Positions 19,878 through 28,588 of a stretch of 64,000 nucleotides of DNA are shown piece after piece. How positions within the stretch are numbered: position 1 is the first letter of the stretch; each line of letters begins with the position of its first letter. Both the position numbers and the translations under genes were made by a program. The DNA is from Candidatus Binatia bacterium. GTDB taxonomy: Bacteria > Desulfobacterota > Binatia > Bin18. A model generated the notes under the pieces. The model saw nothing but the letters and a program-made list of their open reading frames with translations. It was not told the DNA's origin and did no database searches. The stretch lies in assembly GCA_963666315.2 (NCBI GenBank), contig CAXXHG010000024.1:86598-150597 (forward strand), given 5' to 3'.

Positions 19878-21044
19878 CTAGTGCACGACGCCTGCTCCTT
19901 ATTTTTGACTGAGACGGTCAAGAGCTTGGCCGAGGCGTTGGCGTTTGTGGTTGGTTTGCGAGGAGGAAGTAAACAGGTCGAGCTGGCTGACGGCCTGCTC
20001 GCCTTCCATATTGCTGGTGTAGATACCAGCCAAACGAACTGCGCGGGTTTTGCGCGGTACGGACTGAAAGAGCAGGGCGGCGACGCGGTAAATCTCTGAG
20101 GCGGCGTTTGTTGCTGCGGGCAGGCCGAGGCTGCGGGCGTACATGCGGAACTTCCCTCCCCCAAGACGTTTGGCAAGTTATATTTTGACCGTGATGGTTT
20201 TCGCGGCGAGTTCTCGTTTTCTGAGACGCCGGGCAACGTCTTGCGCTTGTTGCAAAAGAACAGCCTGAATTGTGTCATTATCCCGTAGGTCTCGGGCAAA
20301 GGTTTCTTCTTTACCGATGGACTTCACTGCACGCTGGGGGTTCACCGGCCGGTCATCAATCCCGCAGGCAAGCTCATAGAGACGTTGTCCGTGCGTACCA
20401 AAGCGAGACAGCCGTGTGTGCTGCGGAAACCGTGAGAGGTCGCCTATGGGTTTAATACCGAGGTCTTGGAGGCTTTTTGCTGTGACCTTTCCGGCTCCCC
20501 ATATTTTTGTCACGGGCAGGGGGTGCAGAAAATGGAGTATGTCGTGTGCTTGTACTTCAAACAAGCCATCAGGCTTGCGCATATCGCTAGCGATTTTGGC
20601 TATAAACTTACTCGGACCAATACCCGCGGAGCCGGTCAGGCGTGTTTCTTGATGAATTCTATTTCTTATTTGCTGGGCGATCTCACGCGCCGAACCAAAG
20701 AGTTCATGACTATCGGTGACATCCAGAAAAGCTTCGTCAAGAGACACGGGCTCAACCAGTGGCGTGTATGAACGCAGGATGCGGAAGACGTGACGTGAGA
20801 CGGCAAGATAGCGCTCGCGACGAGGCGGAACGATAATCGCCTGTGGACACAGTTTGCGCGCCTGGGCCATGGGCATAGCCGAATGCACCCCATGTGGCCG
20901 CGCTTCGTAAGAAGCCGTTGCGACGACCCCACGGGCGCTATCCCAACCAATAATGAGCGGCTTACCGCGGAGGTGAGGATGGTCTAACTGCTCAATCGCC
21001 GCGTAAAAGGCGTCCATGTCGAGATGGATAATAGCTCGATGCAT
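19878..21044 (-). pseudogene. dinB: DNA polymerase IV, little-finger domain disrupted by nonsense codons
   Basis: HLDMDAFYA, ASYEAR, SLDEAFLD and AKIASD motifs. In-frame TAA at 20178-20180 (TVKI*LAKRLGGG), then further stops at 19899 and 19878. Confidence 0.85.
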
Positions 21045-21069
21045 GCGCCCGTCCTTCGTTGGTACGTTT

Positions 21070-21936
21070 TTATTCAGGCTCGTTCGCAAGCGCTTCGGCT
21101 TGCTGCGCTTCTTGCTTCAATTGTTTTTCCGACTTAACCATGATGGCGCCGGTATCGGTCACACGCCGGGCCACCATGATAAAGCCCGTGTGGGCGACCA
21201 TACGATGTTCCGGTCGGATGGAAATGTCTTTGACGTGCCAAAAACGGAGCATATTCTCCATGACTTCTACACTCTCAAAGACGGGATCTGCGTGGAGGGC
21301 ATCAACGAAAGATTTCACCTGCAGCACGGTGGGACTATAGCCGACTAACACGCCTCCTGGGCGCAGCACTGTACGTGCATGCGGCAGGACCTGCCACGGT
21401 TCGGGCAAGTCAATAAAAATTCGGTCGACGCTCCGGACGGGTAAACCACGGTAGGCATCCGTTTGGGCCAGCGTCCAATTCGGAGTCGGACCGACGAAGC
21501 GTTTGATGTTATTGCGTGCCATCTTGCAGTGGTCGGCGCGTATATCGACGGTGAGCAGGTGTCCGGCGGTTCCTATCGCTCGCAGCAGCGCCATGGTTAA
21601 GGCCCCTGGTCCCGATCCGATTTCCAGGACGCGCGCGCCGGGATAGACGTCGCCCCAGAGCAGCATAGGACCGACGTCTTTGGGGTAAATGACTTGGGCT
21701 TGACGGGGGAGGTTGGGGATTAGGTGTGCGTAGGTTGGTCGCAAGATGCGAAATAGATCGCTTTGGCCAACTCGGATTGAACTGCCTTCCGGAAGCCCAA
21801 TGAACTGCTCCGCCGGGATATTTCCCCCGCGCAGAGCGATGACACTGCCAGGGCGTAAGGTCCGTAAATATTCGCGCTCTTTATGGTCGATGAAGAGCAC
21901 GCTTTCGCCTGCTTGGATAGTTGCTCGATCGGTCAT
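21070..21936 (-). CDS. trmI: tRNA (adenine58-N1)-methyltransferase
   Basis: LPRQAQVIYPKD, VLEIGSGPGALT, FIDLPEPW, RPEHRMVAHTGF. Confidence 0.92.
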   Translation of the reverse strand: MTDRATIQAGESVLFIDHKEREYLRTLRPGSVIALRGGNIPAEQFIGLPEGSSIRVGQSDLFRILRPTYAHLIPNLPRQAQVIYPKDVGPMLLWGDVYPGARVLEIGSGPGALTMALLRAIGTAGHLLTVDIRADHCKMARNNIKRFVGPTPNWTLAQTDAYRGLPVRSVDRIFIDLPEPWQVLPHARTVLRPGGVLVGYSPTVLQVKSFVDALHADPVFESVEVMENMLRFWHVKDISIRPEHRMVAHTGFIMVARRVTDTGAIMVKSEKQLKQEAQQAEALANEPE

Positions 21937-22010
21937 GACTGCCTTGACTGTCTGCAGAAAGGGGTCGCGTTGTCTGTGCTTTGGAGAGAGTGTGGTTTGG
22001 CCCAGAGCAG

Positions 22011-22997
22011 TTAATGGACTTCATGAAGATGTGGCTGCTCGGCTCGGTCGGTCTGCTTGGAGCTGTGGGCTTCGGGCTTTGAAGTTGACTGAGCTTGCTC
22101 ATGTTTGCGCTCAACTTCGCTTACCAGACTGCAGAAAGAACACACCGGAGCGTAAGACGGCATGCCGCATTTTTCACACTCACGTGGCGGGCTGTCTTCA
22201 GGCATGACAAACAATGACTGGGCCGAGTGTATGAATTTTTGGACAAGATTCCGTTTGCTTCCCGGCATCTTGGCGTCTATCCTGTTCATTATATCCTTGT
22301 AGAAAAGCTGCGTTGCGCCTGCGCTGTTGGGGCATTCTTCGATAATATAATCAATGCCCTGAAAGAAGGCGTAGGCTGCCGTTTCCAACTCGCTCAGACG
22401 ATACAGCGGCCGGACTTTTCGGACAAACTTGGGATGGCTGGGCTCAAGGACTGCTTTCTGTCGCGCCAGATATTCCGTCTGCCAATACAGGACATTGCCC
22501 AGTAGCCGTGCGGCTTCGTCGTCAAGATTATGACCGGTGGCAAGAACGTGAAACCCGCCGTCATGGGCCGCTTGGTCAAAGAAATGTCGCTTCATGGTGC
22601 CACAGGCTGAACATGCCGGCCGGCGTGTGAACTGGGCCGCACGCGGTACCGGAACGGCTTCCTGCTCTAATTGGACGATACGCAAGTTGACCTGTCTCTT
22701 TTTGGCGAATGCTTCCGCTTTTTGCTGAGACTGAGACGAATATTCAGCAATACCGAGCGCCAGGTAGAATCCCTCAGTCTGATAGCCTTGCTCAATAAGA
22801 ATATCCCACAAAGCCAGGCTGTCCTTTCCGCCCGACACGGCGACGAGAATGCGTTCGTCCGGGGTGAACATTTTGTCCTGCCGAATCGTGCGTTCGACTT
22901 GGCGCTGGAAATAGATGAGAAAACAGGCGCGACAAAATGCTGCATTATGAGATCGCAGCGCAAGTTCGGCCCGTTCCCGGCAGCGGGTACACTTCAT
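22011..22997 (-). CDS. ttuA: tRNA 2-thiolase, TtuA family
   Basis: N-terminal CxxC/HxxxxCxxC zinc finger, SGGKDS PP-loop, CSAC, TGHNLDD, ECP and a C-terminal CxxC..CxxC. Confidence 0.9.
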   Translation of the reverse strand: MKCTRCRERAELALRSHNAAFCRACFLIYFQRQVERTIRQDKMFTPDERILVAVSGGKDSLALWDILIEQGYQTEGFYLALGIAEYSSQSQQKAEAFAKKRQVNLRIVQLEQEAVPVPRAAQFTRRPACSACGTMKRHFFDQAAHDGGFHVLATGHNLDDEAARLLGNVLYWQTEYLARQKAVLEPSHPKFVRKVRPLYRLSELETAAYAFFQGIDYIIEECPNSAGATQLFYKDIMNRIDAKMPGSKRNLVQKFIHSAQSLFVMPEDSPPRECEKCGMPSYAPVCSFCSLVSEVERKHEQAQSTSKPEAHSSKQTDRAEQPHLHEVH

Positions 22998-23191
22998 ACG
23001 CCCCCTGATATCACCGAGCGGATCTCGATAGTATCGTCTGCTTGGATACGCTCTTCTTCTGTCAAGAGACGCGTTCCGCGAATAACCATGACTGATTCGG
23101 GCAAGAGGTCGAGCTTCTTGAGCAGAATACTCACGATCATACTCCCCGAGAACGTAAGCATTTGATTTTGCGGGAGAAGTTTGACCTGCAT
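22994..23191 (-). CDS. ttuB: TtuB-like ubiquitin-fold sulfur carrier ending ISGGV
   Basis: 65 aa MQVKLL...IEIRSVISGGV; ATGA overlap with ttuA. Confidence 0.85.
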   Translation of the reverse strand: MQVKLLPQNQMLTFSGSMIVSILLKKLDLLPESVMVIRGTRLLTEEERIQADDTIEIRSVISGGV

Positions 23192-23328
23192 GATGCCGAC
23201 AGTACCACGCGGAGCATGGACCGACAAGAACCCTTGACAGTCGGATAAGCTATCCCCTATTCTACAGACAGCCGCCGGCAGTCGCCGGCTATTTTTTATA
23301 GCAACCGAGTATTTCGGAGGATTATGAT

Positions 23329-23499
23329 ATGGCAGGAAAGGCAAGAACTGCGCAGAAAGGTAAAGCCGGAGGAGCAGTGAAGCGCGAATGTCGGACTTGC
23401 GGTGCTGATAGTCGGGTGGTTCAATTCGCCGGATTCGGTAAAAAAGGGTTCTACTGGGTGTGTGAGAAAAATGTCGAGCATGCGGTGAAAACACACTAA
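23329..23499 (+). CDS. Small basic zinc-ribbon-like protein (56 aa)
   Basis: Below the track cutoff. GGAGG RBS; MAGKARTAQKGKAGGAVKRECRTCGADSRVVQFAGFGKKGFYWVCEKNVEHAVKTH. Confidence 0.7.
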   Translation: MAGKARTAQKGKAGGAVKRECRTCGADSRVVQFAGFGKKGFYWVCEKNVEHAVKTH

Positions 23500-23514
23500 T
23501 TCGGGAGTGAATGA

Positions 23515-23874
23515 ATGCCGCGGGCGAAAAAGACAAACAAAGGGAAAAAAGAGTTTGGTCTGTTTGATGAGGATGAAAGCGGGGAGGGTATAAACGAGGA
23601 AGACTTACCCAAAGATACCGCAGGTCGATTAAAGATTAAACGGCGGTATGAAGAGCTGCTCGGGATCCGCACTATGAAACTGCGCGGCCGGGTACTCAAT
23701 CGTGAGCGCATCAATAAGACGATTGAAGGCATTTATTTTGTCTGTGCCGAATGCGCCAAGGTGTGCCACAGCTTAGACGAGGGGATCGTGGAAGATCCTG
23801 ACAATATTGAGAACATGTGCTCAGAGGAACATCGTAAACAGTGTCAACATGGAAAAGCCGAGATAGCCATATAG
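23515..23874 (+). CDS. Hypothetical Cys-containing protein
   Basis: GGGAG RBS; CAECAKVCH...C...C; follows the small zinc-ribbon ORF by 15 bp. Confidence 0.7.
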   Translation: MPRAKKTNKGKKEFGLFDEDESGEGINEEDLPKDTAGRLKIKRRYEELLGIRTMKLRGRVLNRERINKTIEGIYFVCAECAKVCHSLDEGIVEDPDNIENMCSEEHRKQCQHGKAEIAI

Positions 23875-23975
23875 TCTCGGCATAATCTCAGGATAGTCTC
23901 AGCGAACGGGGAATCTTCCCTGTGCCGACGCTCAGAAGTTCCGATCTCCCGTCAAAGAACTTTCCCTTTTCTCAG

Positions 23976-24878
23976 TTAGTCAGCCCGAAGGGAGCGAAAA
24001 ATTTGAGGCAGCGGGCTGACTATGCGTATCTGGCGCACCTGCTGCATCGAGATGGGGTGACGGAATCCTATGACATGTGCGTGGAGATGGAGGGCGTCTT
24101 TCTGGACGCGACTCCCGTACAGCCTGTCTCCCCAAATGGGATGTCCCAGGGCTGAGAGATGGGCGCGAATTTGATGCCGCACGCCCGTTTCTATAACGAT
24201 CTGAACCAGCGTCCAGTCTGCTCCAGATCGCAACGAGACATAGGTCGTGCGGGCTTCCTGTGCCGCAGTGTTTTGTACGACCTGCATTTGCCGGCGGTGT
24301 GGTCCTCGGGGAGCTAGGAAAAAACGAAAGGCGCCCGTGGGCTGGAAATGACCTTCGACCACAGCACGATATTCTTTATACACACTGCGCTGGTTAAATT
24401 GGGTGCGTAGGTGGGTGTAAGCGACAGATGTTCGGGCGGCTATTAGTACGCCTGAGGTATCCGTGTCGAGTCGGTGGAGCAAGCCTGCTTCGCGCCGAGC
24501 TGAGCCCACGCTCAGCGTCTCTGGAAAGCGCGCAGCCAGAAAGTTCGCGATAGTCATGGTCTCAGAGTGGCGTAGGGCGAGGCTGGGCATGCCTGCAGGC
24601 TTGTCTATAGCGACGAACGCGTCATCGGCAAACAGGACAGCCAGATCAAGCTTGGGGTTGGGGGCAAGTCCGGTGTGCAGATGCGCGCCGACGATATCGC
24701 CCCGAGTCAGGCGTCGGCCTTTGCGTGCCGGGTAACCGTTTACAAAGACGGTCTTCAGCGCAATGAGTTCAGACAGTTCGCGACGAGAAAGGGAGGGCAG
24801 GCGGGTGGCGAGAAAACGGTCCAGGCGGATATCTGTTTCCGCTTGAGAGACGCCCCATTCGAAGTGTTGGATGTCCAC
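23976..24878 (-). CDS. RluA/RluD family pseudouridine synthase
   Basis: S4-like RLDRFL, DKPAG, HRLDTDTSG, TGVRHQIRAH, GHPIWGD. Confidence 0.92.
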   Translation of the reverse strand: MDIQHFEWGVSQAETDIRLDRFLATRLPSLSRRELSELIALKTVFVNGYPARKGRRLTRGDIVGAHLHTGLAPNPKLDLAVLFADDAFVAIDKPAGMPSLALRHSETMTIANFLAARFPETLSVGSARREAGLLHRLDTDTSGVLIAARTSVAYTHLRTQFNQRSVYKEYRAVVEGHFQPTGAFRFFLAPRGPHRRQMQVVQNTAAQEARTTYVSLRSGADWTLVQIVIETGVRHQIRAHLSALGHPIWGDRLYGSRVQKDALHLHAHVIGFRHPISMQQVRQIRIVSPLPQIFRSLRAD

Positions 24879-24911
24879 TGAATTACCTGATTCATTCCCT
24901 GAATTATCTGA

Positions 24912-25067
24912 TTAATTCTCAGACCAGGCGACCTTGATCCAGTCTAGTGTTCTTGTGATGCTGTCGCGAAAAATGGGCTGGTCGCCAAGACTCAGCTCCC
25001 AGAATATGTTCTGTGCGCGATGTAGGAGAAGTTCCCTCAGCTTGCCTTCTGTCTGTATCTTGCTCAT
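24912..25067 (-). CDS. Possible small protein (51 aa)
   Basis: MSKIQTEGKLRELLLHRAQNIFWELSLGDQPIFRDSITRTLDWIKVAWSEN fills the gap upstream of the pseudouridine synthase; no clear RBS. Confidence 0.35.
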   Translation of the reverse strand: MSKIQTEGKLRELLLHRAQNIFWELSLGDQPIFRDSITRTLDWIKVAWSEN

Positions 25068-25198
25068 AGGAAGGGATTATACTAGCAAGGAGAAAAGGGT
25101 GACAAGTAGAAAGACACGCGTAGCTCGGAATCTCTGGTTATGGAGTAGGGTCATATGATCAACCCTCAGATGGAGTAGGCGTGATGAGGACACACCAG

Positions 25199-26005
25199 AT
25201 GCAACGCCATATTCTAAATCGGCTCTTATCTCTTTCCTTCCATGTTGTCCTCGCCGGTCTCTTGTGGTGCGTCGTCTGGACCATGCCCAGCGCTGCATGC
25301 GCTGAGGAGCTGCTTCAGGTGCAGGTGCGCCACGTCGGGTTTGATAGGCAGGCGAATTCACCCGTTGTCATTCTTGTAGATGCGGACCAGGCGCGCTTTC
25401 TGCCTATCTGGATCGGCCCCTTTGAAGCGCGGGCCATTGCTATGGAACTTGAAGGTGTCCCCGCTCCGCGGCCGCTCACCCATGACTTAATAAAAAATAT
25501 CCTTGAGCAGGTGGGCGTCCAGTTTCAAAAGATCGTGGTGAGTGCGCTCAGGGAGAATACGTATTATGCACGCATCCACCTGACGTCAGCAGACGGACAG
25601 GTCGAGATTGATAGCCGCCCGAGTGATGCGATTGCTCTCGCCCTCAGATTCGGCCGGCCGATTTTTGTTGCGCCAGGCATATTTGAGGAAGCAGGCGCAG
25701 CGCACCCGACTTCCCCACGACCCCTCAGTGCCAAGGTGGGGGGCGTTGAGGTGCAGAATCTGACGGCTGAACTGGCTGACTATTTCCATCTCCCGAATGC
25801 CGACGGCGTGCTGGTTACGGACTCTGCGCACCGGCGGGGAGAACTCCAACGCGGTGATATCATCCTTGCGCTAGACGGCGAACCGATGCGTAATGTCTCG
25901 GACTTTCGGAAGAGAATGCAGAGCGAAGATCGGACCGTACGGCTGCTGGTGCGACGCGCGGGTCGTGATGTCGGCATAAAGCTGACTCCGCAGGATGGGA
26001 AGTGA
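25199..26005 (+). CDS. Bifunctional-nuclease (DUF151) domain fused to PDZ, with an N-terminal signal/TM segment
   Basis: LPIWIGPFEARAIA, PRPLTHDL and IDSRPSDAIALAL; C-terminal GVEVQNLT...LQRGDIILALDG (HtrA-type PDZ); hydrophobic N-terminus ending AACA. Confidence 0.85.
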   Translation: MQRHILNRLLSLSFHVVLAGLLWCVVWTMPSAACAEELLQVQVRHVGFDRQANSPVVILVDADQARFLPIWIGPFEARAIAMELEGVPAPRPLTHDLIKNILEQVGVQFQKIVVSALRENTYYARIHLTSADGQVEIDSRPSDAIALALRFGRPIFVAPGIFEEAGAAHPTSPRPLSAKVGGVEVQNLTAELADYFHLPNADGVLVTDSAHRRGELQRGDIILALDGEPMRNVSDFRKRMQSEDRTVRLLVRRAGRDVGIKLTPQDGK

Positions 26006-26040
26006 TGAGCAGTAATGAAAAATGAGGGAGAGGAGAGCCC

Positions 26041-26448
26041 ATGAGTGTACTAGAGGAGAAGGATGCCATTCGAGACTTGATGACGCGTTACTGTCTAGCG
26101 ATAGACGCCGGTCGCGATGAGGAATGGGCGCAGTGCTTCACCGAAGATGGTATTTTTAACAGCCCCATTCTCGGCAAGTTTCAAGGCTGGGATGCCCTGC
26201 GGGCGTTTACGACAAAATATCGTGAATGGACAGGGAATGCGCAGCCGCGGCACTGTGTAATGAATATTTTAATCGAAGTCCAGGGCCAGACTGCCACTGC
26301 CGAGAGCTATCTCCTCCTAACACACGCGGCAGAGGGAAAAACTGAACTCATCATCTCTTGCCGGTATGAAGATCGAATCGAAAAAGTCGGCGACCAGTGG
26401 CGGTTTAAGGAGCGCAAAGTCTGTCCAGATACCAGCCTTGCGGGATGA
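26041..26448 (+). CDS. SnoaL-like/NTF2 family protein
   Basis: EKDAIRDLMTRYCLAID...FTEDG...RYEDRIEKVGDQWRFKER. Confidence 0.88.
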   Translation: MSVLEEKDAIRDLMTRYCLAIDAGRDEEWAQCFTEDGIFNSPILGKFQGWDALRAFTTKYREWTGNAQPRHCVMNILIEVQGQTATAESYLLLTHAAEGKTELIISCRYEDRIEKVGDQWRFKERKVCPDTSLAG

Positions 26449-26558
26449 CGGGCGAGGGCGTAGCGAAACGAGGGGACACCGTTTCCCGTTATGGATTTGC
26501 CCAATTCATCGGGACTCGCCCCCCTTCCAAAACAGGAGTATGCGATATAAGACCGGCC

Positions 26559-26605
26559 ACATGGAGGGGTGGCCGAGTGGTCGATGGCGCCGGTCTTGAA
26601 AATCG
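26559..26605 (+). repeat. att site: displaced 5' half of tRNA-Ser, identical to 30986..31032
   Basis: ACATGGAGGGGTGGCCGAGTGGTCGATGGCGCCGGTCTTGAAAATCG occurs twice. Confidence 0.95.
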
Positions 26606-26728
26606 AAATTCGCTATTTCGGCAAGCCGCCGTTATTGTTGCTAAATGTTTGATTAGACAGGGGAAACACGGCGTATCTCTCTCTTCATAGTCCTCCCCAG
26701 TCCTCTCCATTCCCCCCGAATCCCCGTG

Positions 26729-26752
26729 AAAGTCCCGCGAATTTTCACAACA
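26729..26752 (+). repeat. Putative integrase arm-type site (22/24 match to 30910..30933)
   Basis: AAAGTCCCGCGAATTTTCACAACA versus AAAGTCCCGCGATTTCTCACAACA. Confidence 0.7.
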
Positions 26753-26900
26753 GGCAGGGGGCGGAAAATCGTGTGAGCTTGCCGCAACTACGCCCGCCGA
26801 CCAACCGCGAGGGTTGTAGCAAGGGGAAGGGCGTAAGACTCACCTTTTTGCTTGCTCTGTGGCTGACGCAGTGGAGCCCGCAACGGACCGCTCCTCCTGC

Positions 26901-27419
26901 CTACGGTTGACGGACCTGCCATTCCCCGGCGAGTCGTTGCGCCTCCGCCACCTGCTGCGGCGTCATCTTTTCCTCAACAATGGATCTATTGCGAGCGGCT
27001 TGTTCGTGCGTTTCTCCGGTGGAGTTTGCCGCGGCCAGGTTGACCCACTTGTGTGCCTGGACGTAATTCTGCGCAACCCCTTGGCCGGTGAAGTACATGA
27101 CGCCCAGACTGTACTGCGCGTTGGCATCGCCTTGGTCGGCGGCCTTGCGGTACCAGACCACCGCTTGTTTGTAATCCTGCACAACCCCTCGGCCTTTATG
27201 GTACATGACCCCCAGATTGAACTGGGACCAGGTCTCGCCTTGGTCGGCGGCCTTGCGGTACCAGACCACCGCTTGTTTGTAATCCTGCACAACCCCTCGG
27301 CCGTTGCCGTACATGAAGCCCAGACTGACCTGCGCTTCGGCGTCGCCTTGGTCGGCTCGTGCCCGGAGCGCAGCGATGTCGTCCGCGTGGGCGTCCGGGT
27401 TACAGTGGAGGGCAGTCAC
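26901..27419 (-). CDS. Sel1-repeat protein (N-terminus possibly decayed)
   Basis: Three AQxxLGxMYxxGxGVxQ[DN]YxQA units. Confidence 0.85.
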   Translation of the reverse strand: MTALHCNPDAHADDIAALRARADQGDAEAQVSLGFMYGNGRGVVQDYKQAVVWYRKAADQGETWSQFNLGVMYHKGRGVVQDYKQAVVWYRKAADQGDANAQYSLGVMYFTGQGVAQNYVQAHKWVNLAAANSTGETHEQAARNRSIVEEKMTPQQVAEAQRLAGEWQVRQP

Positions 27420-27820
27420 AAGGAGGCATATGGTGTCGCATCATCGTGTCCTACCGCAGGTATGGCGGCTTGGGCAAGACATTACATTGATAGTTATTGG
27501 TTCATAGTGGACGACGGAACCCGGAGGATTGTCCGTTCCCCTCCCACTTACCGGGGGAACAACTTCCTCGATAGTAGGCAATTTGGTATCGCACGTGCCG
27601 CGCCTGCCCGGTGTTCAACTGTTGAACCCCGTGAGACCAGATTCTCGTATATGGGCCATACCTGCTGTTTGTTGCGCCTGGCAATGCAAGAGACGCAATG
27701 TTCCTGCGTCGCTGTGACGTCGACTGATGCCACAACTTTGCAACCGGTAGGGGCTCATTCTCTGGATCACATGCCCTGTGCTCACCAACTGTTTCCTGGT
27801 GCATCCAGCAGTGGCAGAGG

Positions 27821-28261
27821 TCAGCGTTGAATCGCTTCGATACGAGCCGCCCGCTGCTCCAGTATTGCGGCTTCCCGATCCCGTTTCATGGCTCGATAAA
27901 GGAAGGCCAGGTTGTTCAGGGTGTTAGCCACATCGGGATGGTCGGGCCCCAGCGCCTGCTCCCTTATCGCCAGCGCCCGCTTGTAGAGCGGCTCGGCCAG
28001 CGTGTACTGGCCTTGGGTTCGGTAGAGGAACGCTAGGTTGTTCAGGACCGTCGCCACAGTAGGATGGTTTGGGTCGACGTTTTTCTCGGCAATTTCAAGG
28101 GCTTTTTTTGCAACTATGACGGCACGGCCATATTGGCCCTTATCATACAGGTCCACAGCCTCCTGATTCAGGATGCCCCATTCACTGCCTGCCTCACTGG
28201 GCAAAACCGGCAGCGGCCACAACAGCAACAACACCGTGATGATGGTCGGGAGGTATTTCAC
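27821..28261 (-). CDS. Secreted TPR protein (kinesin-light-chain-like TPR)
   Basis: Signal peptide; HPxVAxxLNNLAxLY..QG.Y..AEPLYKRALAI.EQALGPDHP. Confidence 0.88.
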   Translation of the reverse strand: MKYLPTIITVLLLLWPLPVLPSEAGSEWGILNQEAVDLYDKGQYGRAVIVAKKALEIAEKNVDPNHPTVATVLNNLAFLYRTQGQYTLAEPLYKRALAIREQALGPDHPDVANTLNNLAFLYRAMKRDREAAILEQRAARIEAIQR

Positions 28262-28588
28262 GGGTCCTTCCTAGCAGAACGGGATCGAGATCGGCAAGAG
28301 AAAACAGTCAGTGAAAGCCAGCACCGGGCGGCCAGCGGACGCCAAGTGTCGCCTGCACGGGTCGCATTGCGTCCAGGGAAGGTCTTTCCAGGTCCTTGTC
28401 TAACCAAACTCTGAACGGCACCCAGGTATTCAAAGCCAAGCATTTGATTAACGCACGGAATACTACGATCCCGCGTGGGGCAAATATCACGTTCCATTTA
28501 CAAACAGCGCGTCTAGAAGCAGGGTTTTCCGCACAGGGGGCATTCAGGATGGACAACTCCCCTACAGACTGTCCGTAGGGAGAAGATT

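Noticed and set aside
22994-23536. Long N-terminal extensions in the ORF track (TtuB 180 aa; also CobB, NRDE, VWA, GatA)
   Set aside because: Downstream starts match the family N-termini, often with an RBS, and the extensions overlap other genes or promoter regions.
26563-26605. A second tRNA-Ser gene
   Set aside because: Only the 5' half is present, with no variable arm, T arm or acceptor 3' strand. It is the att duplication.
26859-27830. 323-aa plus-strand ORF
   Set aside because: It is the antisense shadow of the Sel1 gene; its repeats mirror the Sel1 units.
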